A program made the translations under genes and the position numbers. The notes beneath the pieces were generated by a model, which was given only the letters and a program-made list of their open reading frames with translations, had not been told where the DNA came from and did no database searches. A DNA stretch of 63,931 bases, counting the filler, from Atractiella rhizophila (lineage: Eukaryota), in assembly GCA_021432655.1 (NCBI GenBank). It is 8 parts of 8 records of this genome, joined end to end, with 100 filler letters (N's around TTAATTAATTAA, not from the genome) between each part and the next. Parts side by side here need not be neighbours in the genome. Positions count along the whole stretch, not along the records: positions 44,713 to 53,425 come from MU272139.1; positions 53,526 to 62,210 come from MU272140.1; positions 62,311 to 63,931 come from MU272219.1; 5 more parts are not named here. The stretch is one strand, 5' to 3'. Shown here in pieces: positions 53,130 through 63,931 of this stretch (positions within the stretch are counted from its first letter, which is position 1; each line of letters begins with the position of its first letter).

Positions 53130-53425
53130 GCAGGTGGGTACAAAGAATGGAACCTGTGCTGCGCTTGACACTCATATTCTGTTCCATCCGAGTAGTATAA
53201 GATTACATGAAAACGATACTTGGCAATGAATTCAAAAAGTTTGGTTTGAAAACTTGTAAGAGCGGTGGAAGTGGTTTTCGATGAGATTGGCAGAAACACA
53301 AGAAAGATGGGTGGGATATCCGGAAGGGGCATATTAAGCGGGTAGAGATGAGTCTATAGTAGTGAACCATCAGAACTACTTGGAGAGGGATCCAGTAAAG
53401 ACCTTGGTTGCCAACCCTCCATCAT
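53130..53425 (-). pseudogene. Possible transposase-like remnant
   Basis: LATKV..PLPDIPPIFLVFLPI..VILYYSDGTEYECQAQ resembles repeat-associated fungal proteins; family not established. Confidence 0.3.
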
Positions 53426-55229
53426 NNNNNNNNNNNNNNNNNNNNNNNNNNNNNNNNNNNNNNNNNNNNTTAATTAATTAANNNNNNNNNNNNNNNNNNN
53501 NNNNNNNNNNNNNNNNNNNNNNNNNAGAGGGCGTCCAAAGGGGCAATGGGGAGGACATGGTGTGTGGAAGATGTGTTGGCGTGAATTCGAAGGAGAGACG
53601 GCAGCCCGTGTGTGGAACACGTGACCAGACCGCGGTCACTTGGGTTCTGTTTCACGACAACAGTCATGATAAGTATTAATGATGTCGAATACAGTCTGAA
53701 TCCTCTCTTGAGATCCGTCATTCCATTGGAGCGAGCCACCTGAGAATCAAGCATCCTCGAAGATGCATCGAAGGAGGCAGTCATCCTCTCCCACACTCTG
53801 CTGATATGCAAGGCTCTGTTCGATCTGAACCAGAGACAAATGTTCGAATTGGAAAACCATCAATGCCTCAAAATTTAGGAGGACAACTGTAAGAGCATCG
53901 ATATTGCCGTTTTGGATCCTTACACTTATCGTCCTCATCCCTCTTCTCTACACTTTGGATGGTGATGCTGACGACGTAGCGCGCAAGGTGGACCATTGCC
54001 TCACTGCCTCTTTCAGGATGCCAAACTCGTTTCTCTACAAGCTTCTCTCTCTTCATTCTCTGCATGCGACGATTGATGGATGGCATATACCCTCTAGACA
54101 GAAGCCAAACGACCTCGCCTGCCTGAGGACCTCTGCAATCCAACTACGCAGGTCTGAGTTGATACCATTACCTCTATGCTCTCGCACACGAGAGTTGGGC
54201 TTTTCTTCGCCACCACATCCATCTTCTTGCCTCCCTTTCAAAGTGACCTAGCGCTCTCAGTCTGAAGGTGTGAAGATATGTTCCTGCTCTTCCAACCGTA
54301 CGAACCCTCCTCACTCTAGACTTTGACAGTCACTGCCCTTAGGCCATTGAAACGAATCACTATATTGAGATTGCCATGTCGACGAGAACCTTGCGCGCGA
54401 ATAAATTGAATGGAAAGTCAGCAATGGAGGCAATGGCGGAGGTTTAAGAGGGATTAGATCGGACAGTCGGTTGAGATCTCCCCACAGGCAGACAGAGTGG
54501 CATTCGAAGTTGTGGGTTGTGTTGCTGGTTGGAAAGAGAGGGAGTGAATGGGGAGGAGATAAAATGTAGTGACGATGAAAAACTTGAATTCAGTGACAGT
54601 GATCTGCTTATTCTAGACCTTCTGTGGAATCGACCTAGCATTTATCGATATTCATCCGCAATCGGGTCCGTTATTGGACAAGTCTAGTCACATTCAATGG
54701 TCTCCTGCACAATCATATAGATTGAGATGTGATTACCGTGAGAGATCTGGTGGGGGATTGCAAACTCTCGCTCGCAATGCAATGCGATGTAAAGCTGAGA
54801 TATTCCAGGATACAAGGAAGATTGGATTGCGAATGTGATGGGGGTTGCACACAAGTATACTGATGGTGGGATGCTGGGATGAGGTAGAGAGGAGGCGCAA
54901 CGGGGCATGATGCACGAAATTTGGCAAAGAGGAATGCGCAAGAGGAACCGCGTAAATAGGCGCAAACGCAGGTGCGTTTGCGTATGTCTCCACACCACAC
55001 TGATGATAAAAGAGCGCACACTCGTTCTTCTACGCTACCATTTTCGAAACTTGATAGGCCAACTTCACACGCTCTTTATTTCATTCCTTTTGGCGTCTCT
55101 CTTACTTCCACCATCACCATCATTGGCAAAACATCAGGCCAGAATGGATGGAGAATCGACGAATGATTGTTTCCTCACCAGACTCGCAACTCCAACTCGC
55201 TCGTTTTCAGTTCATACACCTCATTGTGA

Positions 55230-56300
55230 GATGTCTGAAAGAACCCAGCTAGCTCTGATAGGTCGCAAGGGTTCGGTGGGCTACAACTCACCGAACACTT
55301 CCGATATATCTCTGGGAGCTGCGTTCTTTCAACTCTTCACTAGCCACATCGCAATACGCCAGAACTCGTACATAACTCCAAAATGGAAACCTTTCCGCAT
55401 CCCTCTTGGGATAATATTGTCATCGAATTCAACCAGCTCCGCATTACCAGTGAGTGTCCTCTTCTTCTATTTCAAGCAGATCCAAACGCAGATCCAGACC
55501 CGGAGCGATACAACAAGATACTGAATCAATTAGGATCCACCTGTCCATTGACATCTGGTGAATAATGTTTGTTATCCATTTATAAAATGACTGAATATTT
55601 TACAGAAGAGTGGTGTTCCGCTTGTCAACTGCCATCCGACTCGTTCACCTCATCTAGCGCCAACTCAACGGCTATGATGCCCGCTGCTCCAAGCCAAGTT
55701 CTCACCCTTGACAGCAACAGTGAGGCATGCGTTGCTTCCACTCCTAATGAAGAGCGGCAAGATTCTGTCTCTGCTTCACAATGCCGCAATGCTCATCTCC
55801 AGCCGTTTCCGTTTGCACCGCTTATACCCCGACAAAGATTCTCTCAAAAAATACGAGCCTTTAAACGAGAGCCAGGCTACATCTACCTCCAAGAAGGAAC
55901 AGACACCTTCATTCGAATTGTCGGCACTCGGGTAGAAGAGATAGCCAAGAATCAATTCGAAAGCCGCAATCCGACACAAATCCACCTACCTGCCTATATC
56001 TACCCCACCGTCCTCTTTCGGGGAGCAAAAGTCTTCTCATGGTCGAGAGGATACGCACGCAGTGCGTGGGTAAATGGTGTCGCCTTCGCTTATGCTGGAT
56101 ACTGTCAATGCAGAAGGTTCACATGGTTCCGGGATGAGGAGATGAAATGTCTGGAAGACAAAGAGAACGATGAGCCCCTTGATTTGGCGCCATTCCCGAA
56201 AAGTCCTGCAGAACTAAGGGAGCATACGAAAAGGTGTAGATTGAAAGAGTTGCTGCCCGAATTTCTGCAAATCTTGGAAGTAACAAGCCGTCACCTTTGA
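55230..56300 (+). CDS. Hypothetical multi-exon protein
   Basis: 243-codon terminal ORF preceded by two GT..AG introns; Cys motifs (WCSAC, YCQC); no recognised family. Confidence 0.5.
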
Positions 56301-57713
56301 GGTGGATTTCTGCTACTTGCCTTCTCTCTATTACGACTGTACTCTGTTTGTTTCGCTCCTCTAACTTCTTGGATTATGTATTACTAGCCAATTGAGAGCT
56401 CCTGAATGTTATGTCTTCACATCTCTTGCTGTTGACCCAAATCTGAGAGCATTTGGCTGAATGAACCGAGCGCTTTGAGGCAAAACTAACGCTTCAGAAC
56501 GTCTAAGGAACATTCAGAATTTATTCCCCTAATTATGTTAAAGTTTATGAAACAATGGAGCAGGAAACTGATTGCCCACGCATTCGGCCCCATTCCCGCT
56601 ATACGTAACCATCCTTCTAAGGTGAAAAAGGGAATCAAGCTAAGCCTGAGAAATGTGTTATCTGACAATTCGTTGTAACGACGCCAGCTAATTCAGTCTG
56701 CAATACCGCGTTCCGTTTGCGTTGCAAAATAGTGGATCGTCTGTTTGAGTGAAAAAAGAGATGTATACATATCCAAAAGTTTGCAAGTTCCCCCATTCAT
56801 GTTTGTTCGGTATGGTACCAACGGTACTCACACAATCACCTCCTAACCCTGTCAGCATTCGCTAAGCTGAAGAAGGATGAGAGTGATAACTGATTTGCTC
56901 AAAGGATACGCGCGAAGCAGTAGAATGAAAGTGATCAGCTTCATCAGAAGAACTTAAGCTACGCAATACAAGTTGGAGCTGCTTAACTTTGTCTCCAACA
57001 CTGCTTAACGACGGCCATCAGTCCACGAAAGTCTGATTTGAACAGACAGTGGTCGAGGTACAACTCTACGACAAGCGCACAAATACACAAATACACAGAT
57101 ACATGAGGGAACACGTACTTCATCTGCTCATCCAATTCTCCTTGTCACCAGTCACTGTTTCAAAATTCAAATGTTCAAGACATCGCTCCAAGCCGCCACA
57201 TTCAACCGTTTCAAACAAGGTCCCAAAGCATTGAAAGTAATCGCAACTGGTCGTCGTAATTGTGTGACCTCGGTGGTCACGTGATTATGAGGAAGTCAAC
57301 CTCGCAACTTCCAAGTCACACATGCTTTACAGCTGCCTTTCATATAGATTTAGACATTTCTACTGCGTGTCGGAGCTCTTTCTTATCCAATGTACGCGTA
57401 ATTATCCCGCATTTAACTACACCATTTACAAGATGCCATTGCAGTCAGGACAGAACTTGAACGGACTCTCAGCTTTAGGACGATACCACAGTCGATCGAG
57501 TATTGCAACTGGTGAATCATAGTTGGGACATGGGGCAGGAAAGCTCCATAGACATTCAGCAAATAAGTCCCGCGTCCGTTCTTCCTCACTCCCTCTGACT
57601 GCTGCTGCTTCTTTGTTCGATGAATAACGAGTAGATGCTGACTCCCGCCTGCGTTTAGCTGAACGAAAATTCTATCAACTGAGCAACCTTCGAACCAACA
57701 GAGTTCCACAAGC

Positions 57714-60700
57714 ATGAGTAACCCCACTGAATCGACGAGCTCGTCGCATGTACGATCCAATCTCTCTCGACAGGGGACCATATCTAGAACCGGGGGAGCC
57801 GATGTCTCCTATCAGTCTGGGTCAACATCTTCTTTGAATGAGCCAGCGCAAGCCGCGACACCCACAAATCCCTCGAGAGGAGCCCCGAGATCTGGCAGTA
57901 CTCGTCCTCCTGTTTCCTCCAAGAGTACGAGCCCAGCAAGTTCTACTTTACATACACTATCAAATACGACGACGACTTCTGCTATCAAGTGGCACCATCC
58001 CGTGCACCCTCAGATACGTCCGACTCTCTTCCACTCAGTTTCCTCTCGAGCTTCTTCATCACAAAATCCTCGAAATCCATCTTCCTTCTCGGAAACTTTG
58101 ACTTCCACTTCGCTTCCTCAGTCTTCCACACTCTTGGAATTCCTTGCGCATCATGCTCACACTTCTCTCAATGTGGACGACGAGGACGTAGACGAACTCG
58201 CTATTGTTCCTGGACCCAAGAAGATCTCTATGGACGCTCTTGATGGCTATCCTAGTGGTGGTGGAGCGAGCCACAAGCATTCGGCTTCGACTTCTACTGA
58301 AAGTCGCCGAAAGGGGAAAGGACGGGGACTTTCCGAGAACGAGGATTGGGAGGGCAATCAGAGAACGAGGTCTATGGTTGAAGATCAACCGTCGTTAAAT
58401 CTGTTTGACACGCAGGAGAGGACATCGACAGATGATGTTAGCACCCCGGAGGCGAAGCTTAAACTTCCGGAACTCAGTCTACAAGCCGTTGAAACTGAGA
58501 GCGAGACGCTGTGTAATCAAACGGAGATGGCGAGGATGATAAAGTTGGCGGCTGAGCATAGTGCGATGGAGGCAGAAATGACACTCGCGAAGGCACAGGC
58601 ACGTTTCGATAGATTCTTACTCTCGCGGGGGAAGAAGAAAGAAGTCGCTGCTGAAGGAAAAAGTGGCGTGGCGACGATAGATGTGAGCGCTGCAGACCAA
58701 ATGAGAGATGGTACGCCTGCAGCAAGCGCATCGGAAAATTCATTGGAAGGTTTTCGAGCGAAGCGGGAGAGGGAAAGGAAGGAGAGGCAGCTTCCTGCGG
58801 TGTGTAGACGCCTATTCGTATTTCCAAGAGAGCAATACTGAGAGACATGAATCATGAATAGGGTGTTCCCTCCATGAGAAGAACATCAATGGTATCATTT
58901 AAGGCTCCCAACTCTTCTTTGCAGCGAACCCCGCGCGTCGTCTTCCAGAGAATCTCCCACCTCTTCTTCACTCCCCCAAAAGCACCGATGACTCTGCCAA
59001 CCGTCCAGACGTACCCTCCGACGAACCTGCCACTGTCAGTGATTCAATTCGTCAGCCACCAGTCCCACCTGGCGCTGCAGGTGAGCGCCCCCAAATGCTG
59101 CTCTCGGGGGGATCGAAGCCCAGCCGGAGCGCTCGACAGCTTCTAGGACTCTCTACAACCATGTCGCAGCGTCTTCCTACGAACATGGATGTGGACCCTC
59201 AACGTACTGACCCTTCCCCGTCACGTCAAGAACCGAATGAAAGGACCGTCACATATCAAATACAACCAAAAGCGAACGTGTTGGCGACAGGAAAAGTTTC
59301 GTCATCATCCAATTCGCACGATGAGTCCCATCCGCAGGAAGCTACGACTTCGATTGTAAGTGAGGGAGGGGGACAAAGAGAAATTCAGAAGCAAAAATTA
59401 GCTTCCAGAGTGGATAACATCTCGATATCTACCCTGGCGGCAAAATCTGCAGGTGCAATGTCCTGGCTCCGGGACTCCACCAACTTGTCACACCAAAGTG
59501 CCCCAGTTCCCCGTGCTCTTGTTATTGACCCATCAACCGTCCCGCGCCATAGGAAATTGGCTTCTACATGCCGAAAATCGACCGGAGGACAATCTAACGC
59601 ACGCCTCAACTCTTTCAGCCAGCTCTCAGGTGCTGGAGCTGCAGCAGCAAACCAGGATGATAATCCTTCCGCACCGCCACGTTCATCGAAGCCTGGCCTC
59701 CCCGATGCGAGCGCTTNNNNNNNNNNNNNNNNNNNNNNNNNNNNNNNNNNNNNNNNNNNNNNNNNNNNNNNNNNNNNNNNNNNNNNNNNNNNNNNNNNNN
59801 NNNNNNNNNNNNNNNNNNNNNNNNNNNNNNNNNNNNNNNNNNNNNNNNNNNNNNNNNNNNNNNNNNNNNNNNNNNNNNNNNNNNNNNNNNNNNNNNNNNN
59901 NNNNNNNNNNNNNNNNNNNNNNNNNNNNNNNNNNNNNNNNNNNNNNNNNNNNNNNNNNNNNNNNNNNNNNNNNNNNNNNNNNNNNNNNNNNNNNNNNNNN
60001 NNNNNNNNNNNNNNNNNNNNNNNNNNNNNNNNNNNNNNNNNNNNNNNNNNNNNNNNNNNNNNNNNNNNNNNNNNNNNNNNNNNGATGGGACGGACCACAT
60101 GTGGCCAACAGATACGACCGAAAGGCGAGATAGGAACGGGTTGATTGATTGGCATAGACCGCTCGAAGGTTTGAAAAGGGAGACAACTTGGAAAAACAAG
60201 TTAGGTAACGAGCTCGCCCGCTTGTTGAAGCTTGGTGAGCCTTCTCATGCTCCCATCCATAGTCATCAATGGGGCTGTAGACGAGAATCGGCAATGGACG
60301 GTAGAGTGGCCACCTGGATACAAACTCTTTGAACATGTCAAAGAGATGGGGAGCAGTACGCAGAAAGATCGTCGTGATGTTTACCTCTTCGGTGAGTCCC
60401 TTACCCTACTCCTTTCTGGCGTTCAATTATTTTGTTACAGGTCCAAAAAAGATTCCAAAGTTCCGTTCAGCAAACGAGTTTGCTCCACATCTTTATTGGC
60501 TTGCTACGCATCGACCACCAGGTACCATCAAGATTTGTGAATGCAAGTATTGCGCGGGCAAGAAGCTTCAGCGCGAAGTCAATCGCCAACTTGGTCTGGA
60601 GGAAAGCCCTCGAACTGTAGCACTGGGTTCGGTTCTCAGCAACAATGTTCCAGCACGGCGCAAGAGGAAACGTGTCCAAGTCGAAGAAAGTTTCGCTGTC

Positions 60701-61975
60701 TACGTGCCACCAAAGGAGGAGTTCGACCTTTACCCTGGCCCTTTTGTCTCGCTGGAACGAATTAAGGATTTAGACTGGCGTAGAGAAGGTTTCAGCCCGA
60801 CTTTTCGACCCTTCGAGCTTGTGTGGTTACGGTTGCAGATTCCTTTTCGAGAAGGAGACCTTGAGATCAGTTATTGGCCAGCAATTGTGAAGGAGAGAAA
60901 GTGGAAAGCCATAGCGCACCTTGAACCGTCAACAGTCGATGGTAGTTCGCAGGAGATCAAAGTGAAAGGAGAATACGTTTTCACGGTAATGCTCCTGGTT
61001 GGGACCGACACCGTAGAATCGGTCCACGGCTCGTTACTTCTACCATGGCTTGCGCAACCTTACCAACGCCTGCTGGCGGAGAAAAATGTCGATCATGGGC
61101 CCTCGCATGCTGTACCGTGGATCGCCGACCCTAGCGCGAAGCATCAACGACCTGTGATACGACAATTGCAGAGCCTGAAGGATGCCCATCTCCCTTATCT
61201 TCTCGCCCTTTCCATCGGCACAAATACCAGTCGCCTCTTCCACCTCTTTGATCCTTACGACGCAGTAAACAAAGGACAGCCCCTTGCATCTGTTCAGAGT
61301 GTGCCGTCAGATCCGGTGAAAGAAACCATCCCATCGAAGTTTTTCCAAGGCATGTGGTACGGGGCAGAGAAGATATGGGTTGGCGAGCTCGTTCGCTTGA
61401 AGTTCCGGCCGCGATGGGACCTATCTTCAACCACAGCTTTTGAATTCAAACCACACTTGCATTCTAATGGCCTCATTCTGAAGCTTGATGCCATCTTCTT
61501 AGACCCAGAAGCAAAGCAGATTAAAGTATCTGGGACGGTTTACGACATTCGACCGACGCAAGATTGCCATCTTCCTCCTCCACAAGATCTCTTCCCTCCT
61601 CCTCCACCCGAGCATACTTTCTTTCCTCTCACACCCGCTGGGAAGCAGCACACTCTCCCTATAACGTCTATAGCAGGAAGATTTTATCCTTCACCTTCCA
61701 TAGCAGTCGACGAGAACGATCAAATCCTAGCTCTGACAGGGAGGAAAGCAAAGTCGCAACCCTTCATGCCCGTAAAGACCTGGTGTGAGACCAGGATGAA
61801 TATGTTTATTCAGGCGGAGAGAGTGGCAGAAAAGAGTCTCGCAGACGAGTGGAAAAACTCTGCCAGAGACGATGGTCTCCTAGTCAAAGGCGAAGAAGAG
61901 GCACTCATTGACATTGACGGCAACGGACGAACAAAACCCGCTTTTATCGACTTAACGCAACTTGATGACGATTAA
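57714..61975 (+). CDS. CLR2: Clr2-like transcriptional silencing protein with long disordered N-terminus (N gap 59717-60083)
   Basis: DGTDHMWP, PPGYKLFEH..RRDVYLFG-..KFRSANEFAPHLYWL..CECKYC (Clr2 N-terminal domain) and FFQGMWYGAEKIWVGELVRL (Clr2 C-terminal domain). Confidence 0.85.
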
Positions 61976-62310
61976 TTATGGCGGTCAACTGTATCCAGTC
62001 CATGCTGTTGTACCATAAGGGTATCCATTATTACCAATGCAATGCTAACAGACACAAAAATGCAAAGTAAGTCTAGCCTTGTGATCCAATATAAAACAGT
62101 CCAGAAAACCCCGAAGCTACAACGATTCCGTATTATTATAACACTGCAGATGCCGTCTAAATTATTTTTTCTCCCTTTTCCAAAACACCAACAGCCATAG
62201 TCAAGAGACCNNNNNNNNNNNNNNNNNNNNNNNNNNNNNNNNNNNNNNNNNNNNTTAATTAATTAANNNNNNNNNNNNNNNNNNNNNNNNNNNNNNNNNN
62301 NNNNNNNNNN

Positions 62311-63931
62311 GGGGACGACTCACGTCCTCAGCAAAGTCAACCTCCTGTATCCTCTCCTTCAGAGCGCTCACTACCGTCTCCAGTTTACATCTCCCTTCTT
62401 CGTCCGATACACACCCCTTGATATCCACAAGAGGGAGGACGGCATCGTTCAAAATAAACCTAACCACGTCCTCCTTTTCTCCCCCATCCCTTTCCTCGTC
62501 TGCATCGTCCTCACAAGCCATGACCTGAATTTGGAGATTGGCTGCAAAGGGAGCTACCCTCGTGGTCACATACGACCTCTTCTCTGGAGGGGGTATGTGG
62601 GTAGAAGGAAGAGGACCTCCGCGAGAGAAAAGGGTAAAATTGAGTGCGGTCAGTATGGGAGGGAAGACAGAATCGTGGGTCGCATCGACATAGATTGGTT
62701 GGTTGAGAGGGAAAAGTTGAGGCGTGTGGTAGGTCGCGTTGGTGGAGGAGTTGTGCGTCTGGATCGGTTCTTTCGTCTTTAACACGCGGTTAGAAGGTTG
62801 CTAACGACAAGGAGAGTGAGGGAGGACGAACCAGTCGGGAGACGAGCTCTTGGACCCATCCTATTCCGACAGCAGCCGAGGTGGGAGCACCATGACCGGT
62901 AGCATACCAGAAATAAATGTCCCAGGCGTAATCGAAACCTGGTCATGAATGTGAGCTCAAGAAAAGCGAGATGAGAGAAGAGACCGAACCTCTCCATTCT
63001 TCCTCCGTGAAGATGGAGCAGAAAGAACTCGCACCTAAGGCTACCACCTACTCAGCACCAGTCATCAGCTTTTCCTGATCACACAACGAGGATGTCAAGG
63101 AACGGTGCACATACTTCGTAAGGACACACGGTCTGAGCATCAAACACATCCTGCGTCGTCCACTCCATTCCTTCTGTCATGCTCTGCAAGCGGTCGCGAG
63201 CGTCTTTGAGGTAAATGCCAATCCATTCCTGCAGCGGCCGCTCATACAGCTTGCTTACCCTGTCCGTGGCATGTCCACACGTTTTATATGGTGCAAGGGT
63301 GCAATTGAACCCCGGCGCCTCAATCATTGCCAACTGGTCGTACTGTTCCTCGAAAGGGATACCCCAGAACCCAGCGGCGAAATTGAGGGCGGATTTGAGC
63401 ATCCTATCCTGCGAGGTGGTGCGGAAGACAAGCTTGTTCCCTTTTCGTTCCTCTTTTGAGCCCTGAGAGAGCATGTAGCCGTATTTCTGCCTCATACCCA
63501 CCCCAAGCTGGAAGAGTTGATTTCGTCCGAACGGTGTGAGAATCTCTGCTCCAAGTGTGTAGCGCCAACTCCGGAGGAAAGAGAGGTCTCCACTGGTTTT
63601 GAGGCTGGGAAGGTGTCGTGCCAGCTTTAGAGCAAAGTTCTCGGGTCCTGAATACGAGGTGGGATATCGCGCTCCATGTCGGTGGAGGATGTGGACCTGA
63701 GCCATCACATGCTTTTAGTGAATGCCTGGAGAGCAGAAGGATTGGAAAGAGCTCAGACCTGTTTCAGTTTGCAAGCGTGAGGGATGGATGGACTAGCATT
63801 CTCCACGCTTTCAGATCCAGGAAATGATTGAGGGACGGAGTAGAAAGGTGAGAGGTTTCCCCAGTGTTTGGCGATGTCGAAAGTGGATGACTGTTTGACT
63901 GTGACTTTGTGGGAAGGAGACGGAGACGATA
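62311..63931 (-). CDS. Histidine acid phosphatase / phytase, internal part
   Basis: LHRHGARYPT active-site motif, LTPFGRNQLF, FRTTSQDRM, DATHD, APFAANL, VRFILNDAVLPL. Confidence 0.94.

Noticed and set aside
53915..53924. GATCCTTACA as the inverted partner of TGTAAGGATC at 52629
   Set aside because: Only 10 bp and on a different scaffold across a spacer.
53526..54510. Possible F-box-like gene on the minus strand
   Set aside because: Many stops and frame breaks; motif too weak to call.

Overview
Eukaryotic, intron-rich fungal DNA (basidiomycete; Pucciniomycotina-like by inference). It is not one locus: eight short scaffolds (about 8.7-8.9 kb, in descending size) are joined by artificial 100-bp N44-TTAATTAATTAA-N44 spacers, so adjacency across spacers is meaningless. 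Recognisable genes are an SDR, SPO11, an MFS pump, HMT1/PRMT1, an amidohydrolase, SDS22, an AKR, a FunK1 kinase, NLR-like fragments, a DMT transporter, a GH71 glucanase with a C-terminal CBM20, BUB2, a BAG co-chaperone, HAP2/NF-YA, an AIM9/APH-like kinase, a Clr2-like silencing factor and a phytase. Scaffold 3 ends in a (TTAGGG)n telomere. Mobile DNA includes a young full-length Ty1/copia (268-bp LTRs, GTATT TSD) and a decayed copia split at a TA by a 4.7-kb pogo-type TIR transposon encoding a Ulp1-like protease plus a DDE transposase. Most unusual observations: (1) about 0.8 kb at 2758-3570 that only reads as fungal genes when mirrored (reversed without complementing), probably an artefact; (2) an intron plus competing hairpin inside the copia LTR; (3) the Ulp1-pogo element; (4) a GC-rich kinase-like gene between two copies of a neighbour's 3' end; (5) the GH71-CBM20 fusion. 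Exon boundaries were read by eye and several genes carry frameshifts that may be sequencing errors.
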